The translations under genes and the position numbers were made by a program. From a virus (lineage: Duplodnaviria; Caudoviricetes), in IMG/VR virus record IMGVR_UViG_3300044795_000021, positions 1 through 49,720 of that record: 49,720 nt of DNA, one strand, 5' to 3'. This document shows, one piece after another, positions 18,644 to 26,165 of this stretch. How positions within the stretch are numbered: the stretch's first letter is position 1; each line of letters begins with the position of its first letter. The notes under the pieces were generated by a model. That model was not told the DNA's origin, made no database searches, and saw only the letters and a program-made list of their open reading frames with translations.

Positions 18644-19966
18644 CTATTCGAGCGCGGAGAGGCGCTTGACGGCGATTCCGTAGGCGGATTCGTCGAGTTC
18701 AATTCCGGTGGCTTTGCATTTGAGAGTGTTGCATGCTGGAAAGATAGTTCCAGTCCCAGCAAACGGATCGAGTACTGAGTCGCCCGGTCTGATTGACCTG
18801 CGTAGGAGATCTTCATAAAGCGCGACTGGTTTCTGCGCCGGATGCCCAAGGTTTGAATCTGAAGGATAAGTGAGAACATCGCTGTATAACCTCGTTACTG
18901 GGCGGTCGCCCTTCTGGGCGTAGATGATCATTTGCCACTTTCGAATAGGTCCAGATTCTGGCCAGGGAGCGCGGATTGCGGCGGGGTTGACCCAGATGAG
19001 AGGGGTGCGGAAGGCGTGCCAGCCGGCGAGCTTGAGATGAAGTCGGATTTCCGCCCACCTTTCAATATCGCAGAAGAGATACAGGTGTGCTCGAGGTTTC
19101 GCAAGCCGGAACGAATGTTCTGCGAAAGCAGGTATAAGCTTAGCCCAGGTCTCATAGGAATCGTCATAGAAATGACTACCCGCAGTTTTCCCCGCCGAGT
19201 CTCCGAAGTCATCCGCAGAGACCCCGTAAGGTGGGTCCGTGAGAATAACGTCGAAAGACGCTGCTGGCATCTCTGACATAGCAAGAAGGCAGTCCGCTCG
19301 TTGCAGAACGTGCATCGAGGAGCTGAACGTAGCGCCAATCGCTGCGCCCAAGGCCGCGTGCCTTTGGCTTTCCTCGTGCCGCTTGAGAAGCTTAAAGGCT
19401 TCCTTTCGGGAGTTCGCATTTTGAATCACCTTTGCCTTTTCGGGATCGCGCAGAGCGCGCCCGAGAATCATGTCCTGCCGGACGTTCTCTTGGTGCTGGC
19501 CTTCGGAGTTGCCCGAGACCTCTTCCGCAATGACGGCAGTGGACGGTCTATCGTCACCGCGCTCAGAGGCTTGTCGGGCACGAAGATCTGCAAGTCGCGC
19601 AACTGCGTCCGCCCGTTCTTGCCAAGAGAGATCCTCCCGACGTATATTTTCCTCAAGCTCAATTTCCTCTGCGTCCACAGGGTCAGCGTCCCCGATGAAA
19701 GTACAGGGTACATGGCCTTCTGGGATGATCTTGCCGTTACACGAAAACTCAGTGGATAGGAAGTGGAGATGCTCCATGGCTCGAAGACGGCGCTCTCCGA
19801 CGACGAGCGTGTAGTCATCTTCTGCCCACCTGACGACGATCGGGTGGATGAGGCCGTTTTGGGCGATGGAGCCGGCGAGATCGAGGATCTTTTGCTGGTC
19901 AAATTGCCTCCTCTGCCTGTTTGGCTTGATGACGATTTCCTCGAGCGGAATAACATATAGCTGCAT
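18644..19966 (-). CDS. ParB-like N-terminal domain fused to a beta-class N6-adenine/N4-cytosine DNA methyltransferase
   Basis: RQRRQF...SIAQNGLIHPIVV...GERRLRA (ParB); TDPPYG, HPAQKP, VLDPFAGTG. Confidence 0.9.
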   Translation of the reverse strand: MQLYVIPLEEIVIKPNRQRRQFDQQKILDLAGSIAQNGLIHPIVVRWAEDDYTLVVGERRLRAMEHLHFLSTEFSCNGKIIPEGHVPCTFIGDADPVDAEEIELEENIRREDLSWQERADAVARLADLRARQASERGDDRPSTAVIAEEVSGNSEGQHQENVRQDMILGRALRDPEKAKVIQNANSRKEAFKLLKRHEESQRHAALGAAIGATFSSSMHVLQRADCLLAMSEMPAASFDVILTDPPYGVSADDFGDSAGKTAGSHFYDDSYETWAKLIPAFAEHSFRLAKPRAHLYLFCDIERWAEIRLHLKLAGWHAFRTPLIWVNPAAIRAPWPESGPIRKWQMIIYAQKGDRPVTRLYSDVLTYPSDSNLGHPAQKPVALYEDLLRRSIRPGDSVLDPFAGTGTIFPACNTLKCKATGIELDESAYGIAVKRLSALE

Positions 19967-19980
19967 TGCGAGTATCCTCC

Positions 19981-20009
19981 AGGGGAGGGCAGGGAGCCTG
20001 CCCTCCCCT
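19981..20009. other. Perfect 13-bp inverted repeat directly upstream of the RBS of the ParB-MTase gene
   Basis: AGGGGAGGGCAGG-gag-CCTGCCCTCCCCT; no U-run. Confidence 0.7.
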
Positions 20010-20018
20010 CTCTATCTA

Positions 20019-20687
20019 TCAGCACCCATTGAGACAGAGTCCGCCACCACCATCAGTCCCGCCGAAATACTCTTCGGAAAGATCCATAGTGCCCCACGGC
20101 CCAATGTCGCCGCCGGTCGTCATCAAGTTGCTCAACTGGACACCGAACAGTCCGGTTAGCACGTACTCCTCCAGCCCCGAGCCCGATTCCAGCCGGTCCA
20201 TGATGGTCCCTATGCCATCGCCGATTGCTATCCAAACGTCAGGGCAGTAGTTCGACAGCAGCCACGAGATGCCTGTCCCAATCGCGTAGCCGGTTTTGTA
20301 GGCCCCCCACAGCGCCAGGCCTACATAAACAGTAGTGAGCAACCCACTGGCGTATATGCCCCAAGAACCGCCGGGGGCAGTCAGGTAGTCGAGGTAGATC
20401 AGATAGACCGTGTTCTGTGGTCCAGTGGAAGGTGGAATCCACGGGCCGGCCATCCTCTCCTTTACTTGCGCCCTCCGAGTAGCAGAGAGTGCGGCGAGGT
20501 TGGCGGCAACGATGCCGGGCGCTCGCTCCGCGATATCAGCAGGCGTCGTGCCGATCACGCTTGGGGCGATGTAGCCGGTCTTGGCGAGGGCGGGACGCGG
20601 CAGGACGGCTCCTAGACTCCCGAACAGGAGCGGAGTTGCGCCAGCGCCAGCAAGGAAAGCCCGACGAGATACAGCGCCCGTTCCCAT
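20019..20687 (-). CDS. Putative Tat-exported protein with hydrophobic glycine-zipper C-terminal region (bacteriocin/toxin-like)
   Basis: MGTGAVSRRAFLAG...PALA twin-arginine signal with AxA cleavage site; VGLALWGAYKTGYAIGTGISWLL. The ORF extends upstream to ATG 20840. Confidence 0.6.
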   Translation of the reverse strand: MGTGAVSRRAFLAGAGATPLLFGSLGAVLPRPALAKTGYIAPSVIGTTPADIAERAPGIVAANLAALSATRRAQVKERMAGPWIPPSTGPQNTVYLIYLDYLTAPGGSWGIYASGLLTTVYVGLALWGAYKTGYAIGTGISWLLSNYCPDVWIAIGDGIGTIMDRLESGSGLEEYVLTGLFGVQLSNLMTTGGDIGPWGTMDLSEEYFGGTDGGGGLCLNGC

Positions 20688-20833
20688 TGGGTAGCGGGAA
20701 AGAGCCGGTATCCGGCCCGTGATTGGTAAATCTCTGGAATTGACTTGCGACCGTATGAGCGGAAGGTCCGCCAGCTCCCGACGAGCCACAGTGCCGAACC
20801 CAGCAAGCCGATGATTATGGTTTCGCCATTCAT
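20612..20833 (-). CDS. Small two-TM membrane protein (immunity- or holin-like)
   Basis: IIIGLLGSALWLVGSW and ALYLVGLSLLALAQL hydrophobic helices; purine-rich RBS upstream. Confidence 0.55.
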   Translation of the reverse strand: MNGETIIIGLLGSALWLVGSWRTFRSYGRKSIPEIYQSRAGYRLFPATQWERALYLVGLSLLALAQLRSCSGV

Positions 20834-20932
20834 GTGCCATCTTCCTTCTCCCTAGGTTGGAGTAAAGGCAGACTTCCGGCGCCCCGGTCTGCCAGCGGGG
20901 TGAGTCAGCGAGGCTGGAGGACCCCGCTGCGC

Positions 20933-21415
20933 CTAGCCAATCTTCGCAATCGACTCCACTTCGTCGAACACGTCCCCCTGATAGGGCCGGTTGCCGATGC
21001 GGCAGAGGACCTGCCGGCCTACGATCATCATCAGATTGAACGCCTCACCCGGCTTGTTCATGTCGAGCGCGTCGCGGAGAATCCGAAGGCCGTTGTTCTT
21101 GCCGGGAGCCATGTCCAGCGCCCCGCCGGACTTCACGTCCAGCCGGAAGCTGTACCGGAGCGGCACCTTGTCCTGGCCTACGAGGGCACGGACCTGCGGA
21201 TTGCCGGAAATGTCCACTTCGACCGGCACTTCGCAGAACACGAAGACCTGTCCGAGGGTGGACTCCTTCTTACCCTCTGCGGTGCGGGTCGTCGGCTCAC
21301 CGAGCGTGCCGGGGAAGGAGAGGCCGCCCGGAATGGGAGGCCGGCGGGTGTTCGCCTCGGTCAGGGTTGCGCCGAGGAACACGGAGGGATCGAAGCCACT
21401 AACTGTATCATTCAT
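20933..21415 (-). CDS. Putative single-stranded DNA-binding protein
   Basis: 160 aa, beta-rich OB-like pattern; directly after the AAA ATPase in a recombination/replication module. Confidence 0.6.
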   Translation of the reverse strand: MNDTVSGFDPSVFLGATLTEANTRRPPIPGGLSFPGTLGEPTTRTAEGKKESTLGQVFVFCEVPVEVDISGNPQVRALVGQDKVPLRYSFRLDVKSGGALDMAPGKNNGLRILRDALDMNKPGEAFNLMMIVGRQVLCRIGNRPYQGDVFDEVESIAKIG

Positions 21416-21445
21416 ATCATCTGTCTCCTGCGTAAGGGGGGCGAG

Positions 21446-22330
21446 TCAGGCTTTCACTTTGGAAGAGAAGCGGCCGCCCCGACTTTGCCACTTCTCTATG
21501 ATCAACTTGAAGTTCGGATCTATATTCTGCGAAACGGGAAGGTTGCGGGTCTTGAGATCGGCCAGCGGGCTGCCGGTATCCCAATTCCACTTATCCTTCA
21601 CCCGCACCGTCAGGATGGTATCGGAGAACATGGATGGGATCTTGGGCGCGAGCTTCTGGCCGGGAGCGGAGGTCATCAGCTTGAGGCCGCCGAGCACGTC
21701 ATCCGTCTCGCGCTCCACATGAGCGATCAGGACGAAGTGACACTTGCAGCCGTCGCAACAATAGCGGATGAAGCGCTCCATCTGCTCCTGTACGATGCCG
21801 TAGTCTGGCTTGTCCCGGACCGGCTTGTTTCCGACCTGCATGGCCATGACGAAGTTGCCGAGTTCGGTGGTGCCATCTATCACAATGGCGCGGTCCGGCC
21901 CCCAGCCGTCAACGGCCCCGTAGTTGATCCCGGTCCGCTGATCCTGAAAGGAGTTCATGACCTTGAGGAGCTGCTCGAAGGGATTGTTGGCGGCTCGGTT
22001 CATGTCTTGGATCTTGCAGAGAGCGGAGAGCGTGCTGCCGGCGATCACCTGTGCGTTGAGAGCCATCGCGCCGAACCCCCCCTTCTGGGCAAGCTCGAGG
22101 GAATGCCAGTGGAGATTGTCCGGCGGCTTGGCGCCGCGGTCGGTCCAGTAGCCGAGAAGGGACTCCAGCCCCGTACCGAGGTTCAGGTAGAATACATCGA
22201 CTCCGGTGTCAACCAGCGTCCCTATGCAATAGGTCTTGCCGGTCCCCGCTGGGCCTTCCAGCAGGACATTCACCCCCTTCAGGAGGGACTGGTCCGCCGG
22301 CGACACTATACTCAGTTTCGGTTCTGTCAT
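21446..22330 (-). CDS. AAA (Sak4/AAA_24-like) P-loop ATPase
   Basis: VLLEGPAGTGKT, AIVIDG, FVLIAHVERE, GQKLAPKIPSMF. Confidence 0.85.
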   Translation of the reverse strand: MTEPKLSIVSPADQSLLKGVNVLLEGPAGTGKTYCIGTLVDTGVDVFYLNLGTGLESLLGYWTDRGAKPPDNLHWHSLELAQKGGFGAMALNAQVIAGSTLSALCKIQDMNRAANNPFEQLLKVMNSFQDQRTGINYGAVDGWGPDRAIVIDGTTELGNFVMAMQVGNKPVRDKPDYGIVQEQMERFIRYCCDGCKCHFVLIAHVERETDDVLGGLKLMTSAPGQKLAPKIPSMFSDTILTVRVKDKWNWDTGSPLADLKTRNLPVSQNIDPNFKLIIEKWQSRGGRFSSKVKA

Positions 22331-23330
22331 GGTGCGAGTTCTCCTGGCGCTTGAAGTGGGCGACGTGTAGATCGAACTCCCGCTGCTTCAGGGCGGGAGG
22401 GAGGAAGTCGATCAGATCCCAATCGACCGTCTGGCTGGCTCGGAGGTCGAGGAGGGAGCCGGGGACGACGCTTGGGTCGTGCGTGTGGCAGCGGGAGCAG
22501 CACTGGCCCTCCACGCTGAATGCCTCTCCGGAGCCTTCCTTGCGGATGATCGCCCAAACGTCCAGACACATCGGGCAGACCTTGGCGCGGGAATAAGGGG
22601 GCCAGCCCCGGCTGTCGGCGTCGGGCCGGACTATCTGGACGGCTGGGCCGTCATTCAGAATGATGGTGAAAGCGGGCACAGGCGAGTCTCCTGTCTTGGG
22701 ATAGAAGAAGCGGGCGATGTGGCGCGTTAGCGCCAGAGGGATCTTGGCTACGAGGGCGCTGCCGATCTTCCGCTCCGTGGATTGGGAGGAGAAATGAGAG
22801 ATGGAGATCTTCTCGCGGAACCAGTCACCGCCCTGCTTGGAGTCGGCGTAGCCGGGCGTGGGGAGCGCCGGCACGTCTCCCCAGAAGAAGAAGCTCCCGA
22901 AGTGGGCATCGGCAGGGCCGAGGAAGGTCTGTGCGCCCCGGACATTCTCCACCACGAGCGGCACCTTGTGGCCGGCGGCCTCGCTGGCCTCCTTCTGGAG
23001 CCTGAAGGCTGTCAGAAAGAGGGTGTTGTCCGGCGGAGGCAGGGCCTTGGCGCGCTTCCAGGGCATAGCTCGGTAGCTGTAAGCCTGACATGGCGGGCTG
23101 GCGACGATAAGGGTGGCGTCTCGGAACTGCTGGCCGTGAAGCGTCCGAACGTCCTGCTGGACAAGATGGCCCGGATAGCGGTGCTCCTTCCAGCGTTGTC
23201 TGGTGAGGTCGAAGCCGACCGTGAAGTAGCCCTCTGCGAGAAGGCCCTCTGCCCATCCTCCGAGGCCGCAAAAGAGGTCGATGGCCAGAGGGCGCGCGCA
23301 GGAACTGTATTTTGTGCTCCTATAACTCAC
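22209..23330 (-). CDS. Short C5-cytosine DNA methyltransferase reading in-frame into a Cys-rich (CPMC..CCSRC) domain
   Basis: IDLFCGLGG (motif I), ASPPCQ (IV), VVENV (VI); GTG start 23330 after GAGGA. Confidence 0.82.
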   Translation of the reverse strand: MSYRSTKYSSCARPLAIDLFCGLGGWAEGLLAEGYFTVGFDLTRQRWKEHRYPGHLVQQDVRTLHGQQFRDATLIVASPPCQAYSYRAMPWKRAKALPPPDNTLFLTAFRLQKEASEAAGHKVPLVVENVRGAQTFLGPADAHFGSFFFWGDVPALPTPGYADSKQGGDWFREKISISHFSSQSTERKIGSALVAKIPLALTRHIARFFYPKTGDSPVPAFTIILNDGPAVQIVRPDADSRGWPPYSRAKVCPMCLDVWAIIRKEGSGEAFSVEGQCCSRCHTHDPSVVPGSLLDLRASQTVDWDLIDFLPPALKQREFDLHVAHFKRQENSHHDRTETEYSVAGGPVPPEGGECPAGRPSGDRQDLLHRDAG

Positions 23331-23337
23331 AGCTTCC

Positions 23338-24264
23338 TCAGAGTTTGATCTCCTGTCGGGTGACGGGGTCCCACTTCCGCCGCTCGAAGAACTGCTCAAG
23401 CCACGGCCGTTCATCCTCTGCCTTGCAGACCGTCCGGAAGCCGCAGCCACCGTAGTTGGAGCAGGAATGATCGAGATTGTAGCGCCACCGCTTGGTGCGC
23501 CAGCAGCGGATAATGTCCTCCAGCCACTCCAGCAGCTCTCCGTACCAACGATCGACTTCGAAGCTGGAGAAGTTGACGATCGCCTCCTGTGCTTCGTTCT
23601 TCGTCTTGAGCATGGAGACGCCCCGGACGAGGAAGCCATTGACGTTGAGAGACTGGCGGAGTCCCCAGGTGTAGCCGATGAATTGGCTGCGCAGGTCCCA
23701 TTGGCTGGACCAAGTGGGGCCGAGACGGCTGGTGGTCTTGTCGTCCTCGCCGTAGATGCCGCCGGCATACTGCACTACCATATCAGCGCGGATGCTGTAG
23801 AGCAGCGGTTGGCCTGTCTCTGGATGAGCGAGGGCGAGCGGGAGAACGTCGGAGACCTCGATGGCGCGCTTGCCTCCTGGCAGGACGATCGGGAAGCCGG
23901 TGTTCATGGTGAGGGGGAAGCTGTCCATGTAGTAAGAGTAGGCACGGGCTACGCCCTGCAGGGACTTGGGATGGTCTTGGGGGCACTCAAAGTCCCCCCA
24001 CGCCTTCAGCATCTCTCGGAGTCCGAGGGCTTCGGCGTCCTCTGCGCCGACGCCCTCTTCGAAGAAGGCCCTTCGGGCGTATTCGAGGCCGATGGCGTGG
24101 ACCTTGCCGGCATGGAGGTCGATCTTCTCGGCTTTGCTCTTCCAGTTGGCGAAATAGGTCTTGAAACAGAGCTGCGGGCAGGCCTTGAAGGCGGCCAGCA
24201 TGCTGCTGTCCCAAACCTCAGGGAAGGTGATAGCGGTCTGAACTGCGGTCTGGATTGCGTTCAC
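23338..24264 (-). CDS. PD-(D/E)XK (RecB/Cas4-like) exonuclease
   Basis: SSMLAAFKACP, IRADMVV..YGEDDKTT, QFIGY, C-terminal CSNYGGCGFRTVC; GTGA overlap with the upstream gene. Confidence 0.85.
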   Translation of the reverse strand: MNAIQTAVQTAITFPEVWDSSMLAAFKACPQLCFKTYFANWKSKAEKIDLHAGKVHAIGLEYARRAFFEEGVGAEDAEALGLREMLKAWGDFECPQDHPKSLQGVARAYSYYMDSFPLTMNTGFPIVLPGGKRAIEVSDVLPLALAHPETGQPLLYSIRADMVVQYAGGIYGEDDKTTSRLGPTWSSQWDLRSQFIGYTWGLRQSLNVNGFLVRGVSMLKTKNEAQEAIVNFSSFEVDRWYGELLEWLEDIIRCWRTKRWRYNLDHSCSNYGGCGFRTVCKAEDERPWLEQFFERRKWDPVTRQEIKL

Positions 24265-24452
24265 TCGGTGCTCTCCGGTTGGGCGTTCCACTCCTCCGGG
24301 TCGAGTCGGCTCCGGTCGCCGAAGAAGTGCGAGCCGCAGAGTCCCGTCGAGGCTATGTGCCCCGACGGGGTGTGCAGCCCTACCACGGGGGAGGCACCGC
24401 AGACGGTGCACTCCACCTGGTAGATGGCTGTGTATTCAGCGCTTGCGTTCAC
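24261..24452 (-). CDS. Small Zn-ribbon protein
   Basis: CTVCG...LCGSH; coupled to neighbours by 4-nt overlaps. Confidence 0.65.
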   Translation of the reverse strand: MNASAEYTAIYQVECTVCGASPVVGLHTPSGHIASTGLCGSHFFGDRSRLDPEEWNAQPESTE

Positions 24453-24952
24453 TTCGTCGCCGGCTCGGAGACGAGATCAATGGCCCGCTTGGACCACAGA
24501 GTGGCGATGGCGGCGGAGGGTTCTAGCTTTACGCCTTTGCAGATGGAAGCGATCCCTTCGAAGGTGATCGAGTCGTTCTTCGAGGAGAGCATGTGCTTCC
24601 AGACGGCGGCGAGCTTCCCGTAGGAGGGGGCCTTCTTGGCATCTCTATTGATGGTGTACTTGTGGCCGGGGCCAGAGAGAGTGCCGTAGGGGTTGCCTGT
24701 CTGCCGCCAGAAGCGGAACTCGCCGGAGGTCTTGCGAGTGTCGGGAGCGTGGCCGTTGGAGCGCCGGCGGGTGCGGACTCCACGCATGGTGAGCCTGCCA
24801 TCTTGGTTGGAGAGGATCAGGATGGCTTCGAGATAGAGGTCGTCCCGCTTGGCCTTCGGCAGAAGGGGGACTATCTCATTCCAGTCGAAATGCGAACGTA
24901 GGGTCGGTAGGGTCATGGGTGCGAATCTACCTCTGTTGGGGAGGGGAATCAT
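24449..24952 (-). CDS. Hypothetical protein (basic; start may be 24916)
   Basis: ORF fills the operon with 4-nt overlaps. Confidence 0.55.
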   Translation of the reverse strand: MIPLPNRGRFAPMTLPTLRSHFDWNEIVPLLPKAKRDDLYLEAILILSNQDGRLTMRGVRTRRRSNGHAPDTRKTSGEFRFWRQTGNPYGTLSGPGHKYTINRDAKKAPSYGKLAAVWKHMLSSKNDSITFEGIASICKGVKLEPSAAIATLWSKRAIDLVSEPATK

Positions 24953-25182
24953 TCGGCCTTCTTGAGAGCCTTCAGGCTGTTCTTGAGGGCCTCTACATCA
25001 ACGGGAGCCTTTCTGGCCTTGGCGGCGGCAGCGCCGGCAGCGGCGGTGGCGCGGGCTTGGCGGAGGTCCGCCATCGCCTCGCGCCAGTCCTGCGCCGTCA
25101 TCGTGCCGGCCTCCTGTTTGGCCTTCCAGATGGCGATCTTACTCGCCACGTCGGCGCTCTGAGAGATATCAGGTGGTGACAT
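24949..25182 (-). CDS. Small helical hypothetical protein
   Basis: 77 aa, Ala-rich; ends VDVEALKNSLKALKKAE. Confidence 0.65.
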   Translation of the reverse strand: MSPPDISQSADVASKIAIWKAKQEAGTMTAQDWREAMADLRQARATAAAGAAAAKARKAPVDVEALKNSLKALKKAE

Positions 25183-25366
25183 TGCGGCTTCCTTCTACGC
25201 GCTCCATATATTCGCGGAGCAATTGGACGATCAGACGTTGGTACGCTCCGTGCGGCACGCGCATCTCGGTGTCGGACCAGAGATGAAGATCCAGCCATGC
25301 ACGGAGATCTTCCGGCAGGCTGGTCTTCAGATGAACGGGGCGGATGATGTTCGGAGGACGGGGCAC
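25169..25366 (-). CDS. Small putative ribbon-helix-helix DNA-binding protein
   Basis: VHLKTSLPEDLRAWLD...YQRLIVQLLREYM strand-helix-helix pattern. Confidence 0.55.
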   Translation of the reverse strand: MPRPPNIIRPVHLKTSLPEDLRAWLDLHLWSDTEMRVPHGAYQRLIVQLLREYMERVEGSRNVTT

Positions 25367-25375
25367 GGTTCTATC

Positions 25376-25501
25376 TCACTTCTGCTTGGACTCCGGCTTG
25401 CGGTCTGCCCAGCCGGTAGCGGCTGCAGCGAGGATCGCCAGGAAGGCGGCGATGCCGGAGAGAATCGCCGTTACCACGTCGTCGAGCCAGTGCATTGGCA
25501 T
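25376..25501 (-). CDS. Small single-TM peptide
   Basis: GAGGAG RBS; VVTAILSGIAAFLAILAAAA followed by a basic tail. Confidence 0.55.
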   Translation of the reverse strand: MPMHWLDDVVTAILSGIAAFLAILAAAATGWADRKPESKQK

Positions 25502-25502
25502 G

Positions 25503-25784
25503 TTAGGACTCCTCTCGGTTGATCTTCGCGTCGATCCAGACTCGCAACTCGTCGAGCGGCGTGTCTTTCTTAATCCGGGTGAAGTACCAACGGAAGCGCA
25601 TCCCATCTTGGCTCTCCTGCGAGAGCAGCTCGCGATAGAGGGCCTTCTCGGCTAGGCGCTTCGCGTAGTCCTCTGCAATCCGTTCCGCCTCCGATTTGCC
25701 GGCGCGGGCGCGTTTCGCCTCCTCGACCTCGTTGGCGCGTTGCATAGCGCGGAGGAGTATGGCTTGGAGGCGATCAGCCGGCAT
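25503..25784 (-). CDS. Hypothetical protein
   Basis: 93-aa helical ORF directly downstream of a sigma70-like promoter. Confidence 0.6.
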   Translation of the reverse strand: MPADRLQAILLRAMQRANEVEEAKRARAGKSEAERIAEDYAKRLAEKALYRELLSQESQDGMRFRWYFTRIKKDTPLDELRVWIDAKINREES

Positions 25785-25808
25785 GTGGGAGGCGGTTCCG
25801 TGGTCCTG

Positions 25809-25823
25809 TTATATGGTGTATAA
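25809..25823. promoter_or_regulatory. Operator-like palindrome TTATA-N5-TATAA (copy 2)
   Basis: TTATAtggtgTATAA overlapping the -10 box of the minus-strand promoter. Confidence 0.7.
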
Positions 25824-25848
25824 TACGCCCATTTTTCCCGGCTGGCAA
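25820..25848 (-). promoter_or_regulatory. Sigma70-like promoter for the replication operon
   Basis: TTGCCA-N17-TATTAT on the minus strand, just downstream of a terminator. Confidence 0.7.
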
Positions 25849-25887
25849 CCACTCTATATCGGGACGGAGGCGGCGGGACGGATAGGC

Positions 25888-25918
25888 AAAAAAGAAGGCG
25901 GGCTTTCGCCCGCCTTCT
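25888..25918 (-). terminator. Intrinsic terminator
   Basis: AGAAGGCGGGC-GAAA-GCCCGCCTTCT followed by a T-run on the minus strand. Confidence 0.88.
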
Positions 25919-26165
25919 CCGCCCCCCGGACTCGCAGACGGAGGACTCGGCCCGGAGCCAACACCGGGGCCTGGGACGGCGTGCCGGGAACAATCGCCAG
26001 CGGGTCTATTTCACCAGATTGAAGTAACCGCCAGCTTCACCACGGCCAGAATCGTGCCCTACGGGTTTTCCTCCGGGCCAGAGGTCTCTCCTTCGGTGCC
26101 GCTACGCACAGACCAGCCATGCGGCCCTTCCCAGAGAGCTTGGTGTGCCGTCCACCTAGTCGGGA
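25919..26165 (-). ncRNA. Putative multi-domain structured RNA (Y-RNA/Yrl-like module plus anti-RBS hairpin)
   Basis: About 245 nt with no credible ORF, between a stop codon and a terminator. Closing helix GGACGGC/GCCGUCC (26147-26153 with 25974-25980) and several hairpins. Confidence 0.55.

Noticed and set aside
20834-22354. Long antisense ORFs (e.g. 20834-22354 +, 4989-6248 -, 17381-18616 +, 26214-27497 +, 42025-43155 -)
   Set aside because: Shadow frames opposite well-supported genes in a GC-rich genome; no RBS or motifs.
23338-24264. Cas4 as part of a CRISPR system
   Set aside because: It is a standalone PD-(D/E)XK nuclease in a typical phage nuclease-ATPase-SSB recombination module, with no other cas genes.
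25981-26046. Twister ribozyme or tRNA
   Set aside because: No GUUACAAG/GUCCCAAG pseudoknot loop, no GTTCRA T-loop and no cloverleaf.
26086-26138. Canonical glycine riboswitch
   Set aside because: Only the 5' words match. CUCUCAGG and the 3' P1 strand are missing, and it lies 3' of a gene. Kept only as part of the structured-RNA finding.
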